A stretch of 64,000 bases of DNA from Acidimicrobiia bacterium (GCA_022826705.1 JAJDUJ010000029.1:11026-75025), one strand, 5' to 3'. Shown: positions 1 through 10,154, numbered from the stretch's first letter. Numbers and translations: made by a program. The notes: generated by a model not told the origin, from the sequence alone.

Positions 1-1
1 C

Positions 2-595
2 CAGCGCCAAGGGTCGGTCCTACCGAAGGGATTCTGGTGGTTCGCAGTATCGGCCTTCTTCTTGGTGGGATCCTCCCAGCCGCTTTTTTCTTGGGCCGTG
101 CCGTACTTGGACGAAGGCCTGGGCACCTCCAAGCCGGTGGCGGGCGCTATCGCCGGAATTGCCGCCGGACTGGGCGCGGTTTGCATGTCGCTGACCGCGT
201 TACGGGCCGACTACCTCGGCCGAACTCGCCGCGTGCCGCTCATCGTCGGGCTGTGCGTGGTGCTGACCGCGTCGCTTCTTATGACCATGAGTGGCCTGAC
301 GCTAGGTCTGGCCGTGGCCACCGTCGGGCTATTTGCCGGTTTCATCGTCCAATTGGCGGCCATAGGCATCATGCACGCCGCAGTGGTAGATCGGGTCCCG
401 CAAGCCGTGGCCCGAGCCACCGGCGTCACGATGACCGGCTATTACATGGGCGCGCTGGCCACCCCAGTGAGCTTCGGCGCGTTGGTCGACTGGCTGGGCA
501 CTTACACCTGGGCCTGGCTAATCATGGCACTGGGCAGCACCGCAGCTGCCGCCTGCTTCGCCCGCGCCAACCGAGTCGGCGACGTTGTCTCTTGA
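2..595 (+). CDS. MFS transporter, C-terminal part (5' end outside window)
   Basis: Frame open from base 2 (QRQGSVLPKGFWWFAVSAFFLVG...); about six hydrophobic helices; ADYLGRTRR loop and DRVPQAVARATG MFS-like motifs. Confidence 0.75.
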   Translation, partial: QRQGSVLPKGFWWFAVSAFFLVGSSQPLFSWAVPYLDEGLGTSKPVAGAIAGIAAGLGAVCMSLTALRADYLGRTRRVPLIVGLCVVLTASLLMTMSGLTLGLAVATVGLFAGFIVQLAAIGIMHAAVVDRVPQAVARATGVTMTGYYMGALATPVSFGALVDWLGTYTWAWLIMALGSTAAAACFARANRVGDVVS

Positions 596-647
596 CCGGT
601 GGCCAGGCGACGGCCAAGCTCGCTGACGGGCTCCCCAGGGTGAGGCA

Positions 648-2462
648 ATGAGCTACGAGCACGTTTTGGCGCCGGTTGAGATCAATGGGCTGAAGATCAA
701 GAACCGAGTGGTGCGCACCGCGCACGGCACCAACATCGGCCAAGGCCGACTAAACGACGAGTTGATCGCCTACCACGAAGCCCGAGCTGCCGGCGGGTGC
801 GGGCTGACCATCTTGGAAGCGGCGTCGGTCCATCCCACCGACATGGGCACGCTGCGGCTGCACGACGCCTCGGTGGTGGACGACTACCGGCGGCTGATGG
901 GCCGGCTGGCCCCTTACGGCATGACGGTTTTCCAGCAGCTCGGCCATCTCGGCTATGAGGGGGTGACCGCCGATGGCGACCCGCCGTGGTCGGCGTCGGA
1001 GTATCCCGGCCCCAGCATTCGCCGCCCGGCCAAGGCTATGACCGCCGACGACATCGCCGAGCTCACCGATGCCTTCGCCCATGCCGCCCGGTGGAGCGTC
1101 GAGGGAGGTGTCCACGGGGTGGAGGTCCACATCGCCCACGGTTACCTGCTCCAGCAGTTCATGTCGTCGGCCACCAACCAGCGCACTGACGAATACGGCG
1201 GCTCGTGGGAGAACCGCATCCGCCTGGCCCGCGAAGTTGTTGGCGCGGTGCGGACAGCGATCGGTGCCGAGATACCGCTCGGCGTGCGGATCGGATCAGA
1301 AGCCGTGGGTGACGGGGGAGTGACAGAGCACGACTGCGCCGAGTTGATGAGGGTGCTGGCCGACGACGGCCTCATCGACTATGTGAACCTCACCTACGGA
1401 AGCTGTCTTCGGCCCCACAAGATCATGGGCGGGATGCACGAGCTGCCCGGCTACGAGTTGGAGGCCGCTGCTCCGGTGGTGGCTGCTGTGGATCTGCCCG
1501 CCATCGTCACCGGCCGGTTCCGCACCCTGGCCGAGGCCGACCAATTGATCGCCGAAGGGGTGGCCGACATGGTGGGCCTCACCCGAGCCCACATCGCTGA
1601 CCCTGATCTAGTGGCCAAGAGCGTTGAAGGCCGGGAGGCCGAGGTTCGCCCCTGCATCGCCGGTAACGATGGCTGTGTCGGCGGCCTCAACCGGGGCCGC
1701 CTCTCTTGTGCCGTCAACCCCGCAGTGGGCCGCGAACTGGAGTTCCCACGCTTGGAACCGAGCACCCAACCCCGACAGGTTGTGGTTGTCGGCGGCGGAC
1801 CCGGTGGCATGGAAGCGGCCCGGCGGGCCGCCAAGCAGGGGCATTCCGTCGTGTTGTTCGAGGCCCGCGACAGCCTGGGCGGCGCGGTCCGACAAGCCCA
1901 AGAGCTACCCACCCGGGCCTTGCTGGGCGACATCTGCGACTGGCAAGAGCGAGAGCTGTCCCGGCTCGGCGTTGATGTGTGGTTGAACCAAGCCGCCGAT
2001 GTCGATGCAATCACCGCTGCTCGCCCCCACCTCGTAGTTGTGGCCACCGGTGCCACCGGTGCCGAACTCCCCGACATCAGCACAATGCCCACAGGCGCCA
2101 CCGCAGTAGTAGACGACCGCTTCGGCGGCTACGAGGCTCTTGGCCTCGCCGAGTGGCTGGCCACCCGAGGCCTAGCCGTAACCGTGACCACCCCCGGCCG
2201 CCGAGTAGCCGCCAATGCCCTGCTCGACCTAGTAGTCCAACCCGCCCTAGAGCGCCTGCAAGCCCTAGATGTCAACATTCAAACCAAACTCGACATCCCC
2301 CCCGAGGCCGACTTCACCCTCACCGTGGCCAAACACGCCCACGACCCCCTGTCCGCCGGTCTCGCCAACGCCGGCCTCAATGTCCAAGTCATCGGCGACG
2401 CCCGCGAACCGGGCACCATCCTCACCGCCATCACCGACGCCCACGGTGTTGAATTCGGCTAG
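648..2462 (+). CDS. NADH:flavin oxidoreductase (old yellow enzyme / 2,4-dienoyl-CoA reductase-like) with FAD-binding domain
   Basis: KNRVVRTAH, GVEVHIAHGYLLQQF, NQRTDEYGGS, CAVNP, VVVVGGGPGGMEAA. Confidence 0.9.
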   Translation: MSYEHVLAPVEINGLKIKNRVVRTAHGTNIGQGRLNDELIAYHEARAAGGCGLTILEAASVHPTDMGTLRLHDASVVDDYRRLMGRLAPYGMTVFQQLGHLGYEGVTADGDPPWSASEYPGPSIRRPAKAMTADDIAELTDAFAHAARWSVEGGVHGVEVHIAHGYLLQQFMSSATNQRTDEYGGSWENRIRLAREVVGAVRTAIGAEIPLGVRIGSEAVGDGGVTEHDCAELMRVLADDGLIDYVNLTYGSCLRPHKIMGGMHELPGYELEAAAPVVAAVDLPAIVTGRFRTLAEADQLIAEGVADMVGLTRAHIADPDLVAKSVEGREAEVRPCIAGNDGCVGGLNRGRLSCAVNPAVGRELEFPRLEPSTQPRQVVVVGGGPGGMEAARRAAKQGHSVVLFEARDSLGGAVRQAQELPTRALLGDICDWQERELSRLGVDVWLNQAADVDAITAARPHLVVVATGATGAELPDISTMPTGATAVVDDRFGGYEALGLAEWLATRGLAVTVTTPGRRVAANALLDLVVQPALERLQALDVNIQTKLDIPPEADFTLTVAKHAHDPLSAGLANAGLNVQVIGDAREPGTILTAITDAHGVEFG

Positions 2463-2500
2463 CTACCTCGGCGGAGACCGACGCCAGACCGCAATCGACC

Positions 2501-3802
2501 CTATTGGAATGAAACGAACTCTGGGGTGGGGGTGAGTTCTAGGACTTGTTGCGGGGTGGCCATGGGGGAGTCTTCGTCGTAGAAGTTCTTCCAGCCCCAA
2601 TAGAACTGGTCGGCGTCAGGTTCGTTGGTCAGAAAGTTCCAGGTGTTGTACTTGAGATTGAGAGGGCCTTGGCCGTCCATGTGGATCAGCACCGCCAGCT
2701 CTGGGGGCGTGTCGATGAGTTCGCGGTCGGTGATCATGGAGAACCGGAATTGGTGGAGGACGAGCAGCTTCTGTGGCAGGGCCTCTTCTCGGACGATCCC
2801 GGCCAGCCACTCCACCACCTGATTGATCTCGGCCGCGTCCACTGTGCCGATCTGCTCGAGATGCACCTCGTGGGGCTTGAGCCTCCACTCAGGATCGAGG
2901 GCTAACCCCACATGGGGCAGGCGCAGGAACTCCTCGTACATCTTCGCCTGCGTCAGAAAGTCGCTTCGCCCCGACTGAAGGTCCAGCACCACGTACATGT
3001 CATTGGCGGCCGCAGCCTCGATCCAAGGCCTGATGTCGTCCTTGAGTGTCCCCACCGAGTAGTCGCCATCGCTGCTGGCGCTGGCCGATGCAACGGTGGC
3101 GATGATCTCAAAGGTGGGCAGCACCGCATAACCATCGCCGTCGTAGCCCTGGGAGATGGATCGGAGGCGCTCAACCCCGGCTTCGGGACCCTGTTCCCCC
3201 AGCACGCCCAGTGCTGATGTCGCCGGGTGGCCGTACAGGGCCACCAAGCGGCGGTTAATGCCTGAGTCGAACATAAGCAGGCCGCCCCCGGGAATCTCAT
3301 GGCCCCTGCGGATGACCTCCAACTGCCATAGCGCGTCCTCGCCGAGGTCCGGAGCCACTATCACCTCCGAGGCGTCCAGGATCTTTTGCCTGGTCTGCGG
3401 GGAAAGGGCTCTGAGGTCGTCGGTGGCCACGATCACCGTGTTGCCGATTTGGTGGCCTTGGGCCGCCAGCGTCGTGGCCTGCTCGTCGTCGGCCACCACC
3501 CACACGCGCTCGACCACCGCCACGGGGGCCGGTGTCGCGGGCGGCTGGTCGACTTCGGGGGGCTTGAGGTTGAAATCGGCATGAACCTCAGGTGCAGAGG
3601 ACGCCCCCCGGATCGCGGCCACTGCCAAACCGGCGATAGACGAAGGGGTAACAGCATCATTGGCCCCGGTGCCTTGGGCCGTGGGAGACGCAGTGATGGA
3701 CGCGTGCGTAGTGGTTGAGGCCGTTCCAACCGGCAGGCACGACGTTGCAACCGCAGCCAGCGCAACAACGATGATCCAGTAGGGGCGAAAACGGATTCGC
3801 AA
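2501..3802 (-). CDS. Putative lipoprotein with conserved actinobacterial C-terminal domain
   Basis: Signal peptide ending VATSC; AAGGAG RBS before TTG; C-terminal VALYGHP...GLALDPEWR...HMDGQG...WGWKNFYDED. Confidence 0.6.
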   Translation of the reverse strand: MRIRFRPYWIIVVALAAVATSCLPVGTASTTTHASITASPTAQGTGANDAVTPSSIAGLAVAAIRGASSAPEVHADFNLKPPEVDQPPATPAPVAVVERVWVVADDEQATTLAAQGHQIGNTVIVATDDLRALSPQTRQKILDASEVIVAPDLGEDALWQLEVIRRGHEIPGGGLLMFDSGINRRLVALYGHPATSALGVLGEQGPEAGVERLRSISQGYDGDGYAVLPTFEIIATVASASASSDGDYSVGTLKDDIRPWIEAAAANDMYVVLDLQSGRSDFLTQAKMYEEFLRLPHVGLALDPEWRLKPHEVHLEQIGTVDAAEINQVVEWLAGIVREEALPQKLLVLHQFRFSMITDRELIDTPPELAVLIHMDGQGPLNLKYNTWNFLTNEPDADQFYWGWKNFYDEDSPMATPQQVLELTPTPEFVSFQ

Positions 3803-4038
3803 CTAAGGCTCCTTCAGATTTCATCAGGCCTTGTCGCCAAATCAGCGCAATGCCCGTTTTGAAATCCGCATGCCCTAGCTCGAGTCCGACCTTTCGGACA
3901 AGAACCCCCTACAAAGCGGCAGGCAACATGCTAGCGCAACACCAAGTACCTCGGAAGGACAATCGACAAGATTCCCAACGTGAGACTTGCAATCGACTTG
4001 AGGGGGACAGGCACCCCTGAACGCTCAGCTGATGCGTG

Positions 4039-4689
4039 TTATTGCAGCGAGAACGGGGGATAGCGGTCGGTGATGAGCAGAAACGCGTAGGCGTTGACTC
4101 GCAGTTGCCAGCGCTCTACGCCGACCACGAAGTCGAAGAGGCCGCGCGGGTAGCGACCGGTAAACATGATCGCGAACCACGCGAACACAACGCTCAGGAA
4201 GGCTGCGATGTACAGGAAGAACAGAAGGATGAGGTGCGGGATAGCGAGGAACCATTTGACTAGAGGCATCCAACGCTTCAGATCGCGGGACGCGTCAGGG
4301 TAGTCCAAGTCTAGGTGGACGGCTTGTTGCTCGTCGGTTGAGGGGTATTCCTCTCGCAGCAGCCCCATGTAGGCCGTAATTCGGGTTACAAATCTCGTGA
4401 GTTCGAGGTTCCAGTCGAACCACCACCGCGGGTACTTGCGGCGAAACAGGAGCATCAGCAAGGTGGGAAGGAACAGGGCGCCAAATAAGGCTTGCAGGCC
4501 ATCCCAGACGTCGCTACCCCAGCCGCTGGAACTGCTGGTAACTAGCAGGAGCACGATCACAATGGGGATGATCAGAATGATGCGGAATAGCGTCTTTACC
4601 CGGCTCAGGCCAGTTTCCGGGTAGTCGATATCCAATCGTGCTGGGTAGCTGGTTCCAGTGCCTTCTGCCATGCTCGAGGTGTCGGACAT
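4039..4689 (-). CDS. DUF4389 family membrane protein
   Basis: Twice-repeated RYPRxxFD motif with hydrophobic helices, C-terminal TDRYPPFSL; GGAGG RBS before ATG 4689. Confidence 0.8.
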   Translation of the reverse strand: MSDTSSMAEGTGTSYPARLDIDYPETGLSRVKTLFRIILIIPIVIVLLLVTSSSSGWGSDVWDGLQALFGALFLPTLLMLLFRRKYPRWWFDWNLELTRFVTRITAYMGLLREEYPSTDEQQAVHLDLDYPDASRDLKRWMPLVKWFLAIPHLILLFFLYIAAFLSVVFAWFAIMFTGRYPRGLFDFVVGVERWQLRVNAYAFLLITDRYPPFSLQ

Positions 4690-4726
4690 GGCTGCCTCCA
4701 AAAGATATCGGTTGTCGCATACTACC

Positions 4727-4840
4727 TTACTTCTCGGCGGTGCCCAGGTAGGAGGCTTGGAGGTCGGGGTGGGCCAGAAGGTTGTCGGCGGTGTCGTCGA
4801 GCACCACCTCCCCTGAGGTGGGCTTGAGTATTCCCAGAAG
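4727..4840 (-). pseudogene. 38-codon relic of a LivF-like ABC ATPase
   Basis: Reads LLGILKPTSGEVVLDDTADNLLAHPDLQASYLGTAEK*, matching the LivF C-terminus pattern (GxVVLxxxAxxLLxxPxxxxxYLG); no start codon or Walker motifs. Confidence 0.55.
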
Positions 4841-4897
4841 GTGCCCGCTTCGGCCAGTCGCTGCCTTGGCGGTGGCAGGTGTAAGAAGTTCGCCGGT

Positions 4898-6085
4898 CTA
4901 TTTCGCCACCAGGTCGGGGCCGACGTCGTCGAAGCGGCGCCTGCCCACCAGGGCCAATGTGCGGTCGATGTCGGCGCGATAGATGTCGAGCATTCGGGCC
5001 ACTCCGGCCTCGCCGGCTGCGGCCAAACCCCAGAACCAGCTTCGCCCGCCCATCGCGGCTTGGGCGCCCAAGGCTCGGGCCTTCACCACGTCGGACCCCC
5101 GCTGGCAACCGCCGTCCACCAGCACCTCGGCCCTGTCGCCCACCGCCTCGGCGATCTGGGGGAGCACGGCGAACGCCCCCGGCACCGAGTCGAGCTGGCG
5201 CCCGCCGTGGTTCGACACGATCACGCCGTCAGCGCCCCATTTCACTGCGGCCTCGGCGTCGGCCACAGAGATCACTCCCTTAATGAGCAGCGGGCCGTCC
5301 CACTCCCGCCGCAGCCACGCCAGGTCGTCCCAAGTACGGGAAGGGTCGGCCAGCTCTCGGTCCACGTAGGCCCCGATGGCGCTGGCGTCATCGCCGATGC
5401 CCAGTTCCACCAGGCTGCCGAAGGTGATGTCGGGGCCGGTCACCAGTTGGCGCAGCCACCGCAGCCGCCGGGCTGTGTCCAGCGCGCTGTTCAAACGGAT
5501 GCGAGGGGGAAGCGACATTCCATTGCGCAGGTCGCGCTCTCGCTTGCCCACCACCGGCACGTCCACCGTCAACACCAATGCCTCATAGCCTGCGTCTCGG
5601 GCCCGATTCACCAGCGACTGCACCACCTCGGGGCTCTTCCACAGATAGAGCTGGAACCACCGCCGGCAGTTGGGCGCCGCTGCGGCTATGTCCTCCAGTG
5701 AGTAGCCCGATCCAGTGCTCACCGCGAACACGGTGCCCGCGGCAGCAGCCGCCCGGGCTGCGGCCAGCTCACCCTCGCGATGCACCAGCGTGGCCAGCCC
5801 GGCCGGGGCCAGCAGGAATGGCAGCGATACCGGCCGGCCCAGCACGGTGGTGGACACGTCCCGGTTTGCCACATTCACCAGATAGTTCGGGGCCAGCTCC
5901 ACCTTGTCGATGGCAGACCGGTTGGCGGCGATGGTCAACTCGCCCTCGGCACCGCCCTCCACGAACTCGAACACCATCTTGGGCAGCCGCCGCCGGGCGG
6001 CCTCCCGGAAGTCGGCGTAGGTGTGCCACCGGGCCGCCCCCTTGGGGGCTCGGGCCAGCATCCGGCTCAGCTCTCGCAGCTTCAT
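4898..6085 (-). CDS. FMN-dependent alpha-hydroxy acid dehydrogenase (LldD-like)
   Basis: ARRRLPKMVFEFVEGGA, LVLTVDVPVVGKRERD, VSNHGGRQLD, DGGCQRGSDVVKA. Confidence 0.92.
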   Translation of the reverse strand: MKLRELSRMLARAPKGAARWHTYADFREAARRRLPKMVFEFVEGGAEGELTIAANRSAIDKVELAPNYLVNVANRDVSTTVLGRPVSLPFLLAPAGLATLVHREGELAAARAAAAAGTVFAVSTGSGYSLEDIAAAAPNCRRWFQLYLWKSPEVVQSLVNRARDAGYEALVLTVDVPVVGKRERDLRNGMSLPPRIRLNSALDTARRLRWLRQLVTGPDITFGSLVELGIGDDASAIGAYVDRELADPSRTWDDLAWLRREWDGPLLIKGVISVADAEAAVKWGADGVIVSNHGGRQLDSVPGAFAVLPQIAEAVGDRAEVLVDGGCQRGSDVVKARALGAQAAMGGRSWFWGLAAAGEAGVARMLDIYRADIDRTLALVGRRRFDDVGPDLVAK

Positions 6086-6092
6086 CGTCTCA

Positions 6093-7040
6093 TCACCCTC
6101 CAGACATTGCCGCGGCCAACAGCCGGGTCACGGCCCGCAGCGTGGGCACTTCGAGTTGATGGCCGTCGGCAATCTCCACCAGGTCGCCGAACACGGCCTG
6201 CACTTCGAAGGGCCGCCCCCGGTCGATGCTCTGCAGGATGGAAACCCGAACCTCGGTCTCCCCGGCCGCCTCCATGCCCTCGCCCACGGCTCGGAGGCGC
6301 TGATGGGCCTCAGCCCGGCTCTCCTGGGTAAGCGCCCGGATCTGGAATGGCCCGTGCCCGTCGATTAGCTCCACGCCTTCTGCCGCGGCGATGGCTGCTC
6401 CTTCGCAAGCCAGGTCGTAGAACACGTCACGGGTCTCCGGCAACAAGAAAATTCGGTGGTACACCAGCCGGGTCAGGCCCACCACTCCCATGGCCGCGGC
6501 GGCCAGCACCCCTTTGGACCACAGCGCGGGGGCGATGTCGTCGTGGACCTCCAGCTTGCGTCCCGGCAAGGCCGCAGCGATGGCCGCCGCCGTGCCCGGC
6601 GTGGTGCTCGACAGGTCGCCCAGCAAGGTGGGGCCGTCAAATGAGTGAGAAGCATGGCCGGGCTCACCCAGCGTGCCGCCCACCAACGACACGCAGCCCA
6701 CAGCGGCGGCTCCGAATCGGGCCGCTAGCGGCTCGGCTTGGCGCACCCCGTTCTGCACCGAGAAGGCGGCTTGGGCCAAACCCCGGTAGCCGTCCAACAG
6801 CTCAGCGTTGTCAAATGCCTTGCTGGCCAACAGCAAGATGTCGCAGTCGCCCGCTTGGGCCGGGTTGGTGATCGCTCTGATGGCCACCGGTGCCTGGTCG
6901 TCGATCCTCAGCCCGCTCCGATTCACCGCTTCGGCGTGAGCCGGTCGGGCTACCAGGGTCACATCGGCACCTGCTTCGGCGAACCATGCGCCGTACACCG
7001 ATCCCAGCGCTCCGGCCCCCAGCACAACCACTGTCGTCAT
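6093..7040 (-). CDS. Ketopantoate reductase (ApbA/PanE) family protein
   Basis: VLGAGALG Rossmann motif, LLASKA, SVQNG, LWSK, SILQS..RGRPFEV. Confidence 0.8.
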   Translation of the reverse strand: MTTVVVLGAGALGSVYGAWFAEAGADVTLVARPAHAEAVNRSGLRIDDQAPVAIRAITNPAQAGDCDILLLASKAFDNAELLDGYRGLAQAAFSVQNGVRQAEPLAARFGAAAVGCVSLVGGTLGEPGHASHSFDGPTLLGDLSSTTPGTAAAIAAALPGRKLEVHDDIAPALWSKGVLAAAAMGVVGLTRLVYHRIFLLPETRDVFYDLACEGAAIAAAEGVELIDGHGPFQIRALTQESRAEAHQRLRAVGEGMEAAGETEVRVSILQSIDRGRPFEVQAVFGDLVEIADGHQLEVPTLRAVTRLLAAAMSGG

Positions 7041-7126
7041 TGATGCTGCCCACGATTGGGGCCGTAATCAGACACCCCGGAGGTCTCACACTGGCGCTGT
7101 CCCATTGATGCCGTACTCTAGGGGCC

Positions 7127-7828
7127 ATGAGCACTACCGAGAGCGAAGCCAGAGAGATTGTGAACGACATTGTGTTGGCTTGTCGGGCCTTGACCGTGAG
7201 GGGGTGCGACACCGGCATCGGCGGCCATGTCAGCGTGCGGGTACCCGGCGAGGACGCCTTCTGGATCAACGCCTTCGACCGGACGCTGGGCGAGATCACC
7301 GCCGACGACGTAATGAAGCTCGACTACGAGGGCAACCTGCTGGAGGGCAACCGGGAGGTGAGCCTGGGCTTCGAGTTCCATGCCGGGGTGTATCAGAACC
7401 GCAACGAAGTGAACGCCATCGTTCATAGTCACGGCCGATGGATCACCGCGCTGGCCTCCTTGGCCCGCCCGTTGAAGATGCGTCACAACCTTTGCTGCAT
7501 CTTCCACGACGACCAGGTGCTCAGCCCCGACGACCGCTTCGAATCCATCGGGCCGGCCATCGAGACCAACCACACCGTGATCATCCCCTGGCACGGGGCC
7601 ATCTGCGTGGGACCCACCCTGGCCCGGGCCGCCGCCCTTCACGCCACCCTGGAAGACCAGGCCCAGCTCGACGTGCTCCTTGAGCCCACCGACGCCCCCG
7701 AGATTCCCGAGCACTTACGGCTCGGGCTGAAGAAGCTGGTGGACGACCAGGCTGGCTACCTAGAGCAGACCTGGACCCTCATGCGCCGCCAAGGCCAGCG
7801 CCACCTGGAGGCCCACCCCACCGGCTAA
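7127..7828 (+). CDS. Class II aldolase/adducin family protein
   Basis: GGHVSVR, EFHAGVY..R.EVNAIVHSH, WHG metal-binding histidines. Confidence 0.85.
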   Translation: MSTTESEAREIVNDIVLACRALTVRGCDTGIGGHVSVRVPGEDAFWINAFDRTLGEITADDVMKLDYEGNLLEGNREVSLGFEFHAGVYQNRNEVNAIVHSHGRWITALASLARPLKMRHNLCCIFHDDQVLSPDDRFESIGPAIETNHTVIIPWHGAICVGPTLARAAALHATLEDQAQLDVLLEPTDAPEIPEHLRLGLKKLVDDQAGYLEQTWTLMRRQGQRHLEAHPTG

Positions 7829-7844
7829 GCGCGGTTAGCTTCGG

Positions 7845-8696
7845 CTAGGCCAAGTCAGCCATCGAGGCCAGCTCGTAGGGCTGGCTCATCAACCATTCTT
7901 TCCAACGATCAGTGCCGAACAGCTCGTACTCGTCGGTGCGCACATGAAAGGAGTCGGGCTCGATCACCTCTATCTCGGCGCCACCGGGCGCGTTGGGGTG
8001 AAAGGCGCAGAACACCAAGTTCTCTTCCAGGCTGCCAAGCATCTCCTGATATGCGGCCGGCTCCTGCGGCGCCCGAGAAAAATCAGTCTCCAGCACAACG
8101 TCAAACACCGGCATCCCTGCCGCTCGGGCATCCGCGGCGGCGGACCTGATGGCCTCGTCTGCGGCTTGGGCCTCTGATGGGCTGGCCACATGGCGTCGGG
8201 GGCCATAGGCGGCCAGAGAATCAGTAATGAGCACCGGCACCCCGTAGTCGATGCCCACCGCCACGTAGCGGTCGCACCACTCCGGGGCCAGCGCCGAGCC
8301 CATGTGGGCATCCAGGTGGGTCACGTTGACCCCAAACGCCAGCGCTCGGTCGATCTGGGCCCGCCACTCCTGCTCCACCGCGTCGGGGTGGGCGTTGCGT
8401 CGCACCTCTGCCACAGTGCGCCACAAGAATCCGTGCTCGTCGACCAGCCCCGACGAAGGACCCGCCGTGCTCACCGGACCCCAGCGATAGCAGGCTTTCT
8501 CTGCGTTGAGCGTGAGGTGGATGCCGCAGTCGAGGGTGTCATCCCCAGCCGCAGCCTCGGCGATCTCGGTGAACCACGGGCACGGCACCATCACCGAGCC
8601 GGAGGTGATGGTGCCGAAGTGCGACAGCTCGATAAAGGCCTGGTTGGCACCGTGGCACATCCCCACGTCATCGGCGTGGATCACCAGTCGAGTCAC
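7845..8696 (-). CDS. YdjC/ChbG family carbohydrate deacetylase
   Basis: VIHADDVG, SVMVPCPW, GIHLTL, THLDAHM. Confidence 0.88.
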   Translation of the reverse strand: MTRLVIHADDVGMCHGANQAFIELSHFGTITSGSVMVPCPWFTEIAEAAAGDDTLDCGIHLTLNAEKACYRWGPVSTAGPSSGLVDEHGFLWRTVAEVRRNAHPDAVEQEWRAQIDRALAFGVNVTHLDAHMGSALAPEWCDRYVAVGIDYGVPVLITDSLAAYGPRRHVASPSEAQAADEAIRSAAADARAAGMPVFDVVLETDFSRAPQEPAAYQEMLGSLEENLVFCAFHPNAPGGAEIEVIEPDSFHVRTDEYELFGTDRWKEWLMSQPYELASMADLA

Positions 8697-8728
8697 AATT
8701 TCGAAACTAGTCCGCTTACCATCTTGCT

Positions 8729-9613
8729 GTGGCTTTGAGTCATTTCTCCCCCGACGCCGATCCGGTCGAGGTGAGCGACCATCTCCGTCGCTACGGCTAC
8801 GCCATCGTCGACGACGTGGCCGATGCGGCCACCATGGACCGGCTCGAAACCGAGGCCATGCCCTACATCGAGACCTCCGACGCCGGCCGCGATGAGTACG
8901 ACGGCCGGTTCACCCGTCGCACCGGCGCCCTAATAGCCCGCTGTCCCACGGCACGCGAATTGATCATGCACCCCGTGGCGGTCGGCACCGTCGGCCATTT
9001 CCTCAGCCATGTGAGCGCCGTGCAGCTCCACCTCACCCAGATCATCTCGGTGGAACCGGGAGAGACCCGCCAGAAACTGCATCGCGACGAGATGGCCTTC
9101 GACTTCTTCCCGTTCGGGGCCGACTATCACGTGCAGTGCAACACCATGTGGGCGCTCACCGACTTCACCTCGGCCAACGGCGCCACCCACATATTGGCCG
9201 GCAGCTCAGGTGTGGGCGACGACGAGGCCCTCAACTTGCCCGATGCCCAGGCCGAGATGGGCCGGGGCAGCGTGCTGTTCTACGACGGCAAGGTGCTCCA
9301 CGGCGCCGGGGCCAACACCAGCAGCGCCGTGCGCCGGGGGGTGAACATCACCTACGCCGTGGGCTGGGTGCGCCAAGAGGAGAACCAGTATCTGGCCTGC
9401 CCGCCCGAGATCGCCCGCACCCTAGACGACGATCTGCTGAGAATGATGGGCTACACCCAGGGGGCTTTCGCCCTGGGCTATGTGGGCGACCAGACCGACC
9501 CCTTGGCCGCACTGCGAGGAGGTACCGCCAAGGCCAAGACCATCGGCGCCGTGGCCCAAGACAACGAAAACGCTCGCCAGTTCGTCACCGATATCGACGA
9601 CTTGGGTCGCTAG
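8729..9613 (+). CDS. Phytanoyl-CoA dioxygenase (PhyH) family Fe(II)/2OG enzyme
   Basis: QKLHRD (HxD), WALTDFT..NGAT, LHGAGAN, RQEENQYL. Confidence 0.88.
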   Translation: MALSHFSPDADPVEVSDHLRRYGYAIVDDVADAATMDRLETEAMPYIETSDAGRDEYDGRFTRRTGALIARCPTARELIMHPVAVGTVGHFLSHVSAVQLHLTQIISVEPGETRQKLHRDEMAFDFFPFGADYHVQCNTMWALTDFTSANGATHILAGSSGVGDDEALNLPDAQAEMGRGSVLFYDGKVLHGAGANTSSAVRRGVNITYAVGWVRQEENQYLACPPEIARTLDDDLLRMMGYTQGAFALGYVGDQTDPLAALRGGTAKAKTIGAVAQDNENARQFVTDIDDLGR

Positions 9614-9647
9614 CGGCAATTCCCAGGCCATCGGCTACCGTGCCGCC

Positions 9648-10115
9648 ATGGCTTTGATCACCGACCCCTTCCATACCGGCATCGTCGTCGCTGATGTTGA
9701 GGAGTCCATGGCCCACATCTCGGCAGCCACCGGCCTCACCTGGCATTCCCTGCAATCCCTCGACCTCGACCTGCTGATAGACGGTGAGGTGGTGTCCACC
9801 AGCGTGCAGTTCTCCTACACGGTGGAGGGCCCGGTGCAGCTCGAGCTGGCCGCCGGCCCCAAAGGATCTTTCTGGGATTTCGATCTCTACGGGGGGCTCA
9901 ACCACATGGGCTACTGGACCGAAGACCTCCACGCCGACATCGCCGCGCTCCAGGCCGGGGGGTGCGAGCTGATCTACGGCGGTGCCAGCGAAGACGGTGG
10001 GCTTCAGGGGTTTGCCTTTCTGGTTCCCCCCACCACCGGCCTGCGGATCGAGCTCATCGATGTGGCCATGCGCCCCGCATTCGACAACTGGTTCGCGGGC
10101 GGGGAATTCGGCTGA
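9648..10115 (+). CDS. VOC/glyoxalase family protein
   Basis: FHTGIVV, QLEL, GLNHMGYW, RIEL. Confidence 0.8.
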   Translation: MALITDPFHTGIVVADVEESMAHISAATGLTWHSLQSLDLDLLIDGEVVSTSVQFSYTVEGPVQLELAAGPKGSFWDFDLYGGLNHMGYWTEDLHADIAALQAGGCELIYGGASEDGGLQGFAFLVPPTTGLRIELIDVAMRPAFDNWFAGGEFG

Positions 10116-10154
10116 TCGCCCTCTGTCTGATCCCATTCAGAGGGCCTCAAGGCG

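Noticed and set aside
3803-4038. Riboswitch in the 235-nt leader of the lipoprotein gene
   Set aside because: No recognisable aptamer consensus or terminator; an Rfam/Infernal search would be needed
4898-6085. Mycofactocin mftD
   Set aside because: Same family, but no mftA/B/C/E/F neighbours
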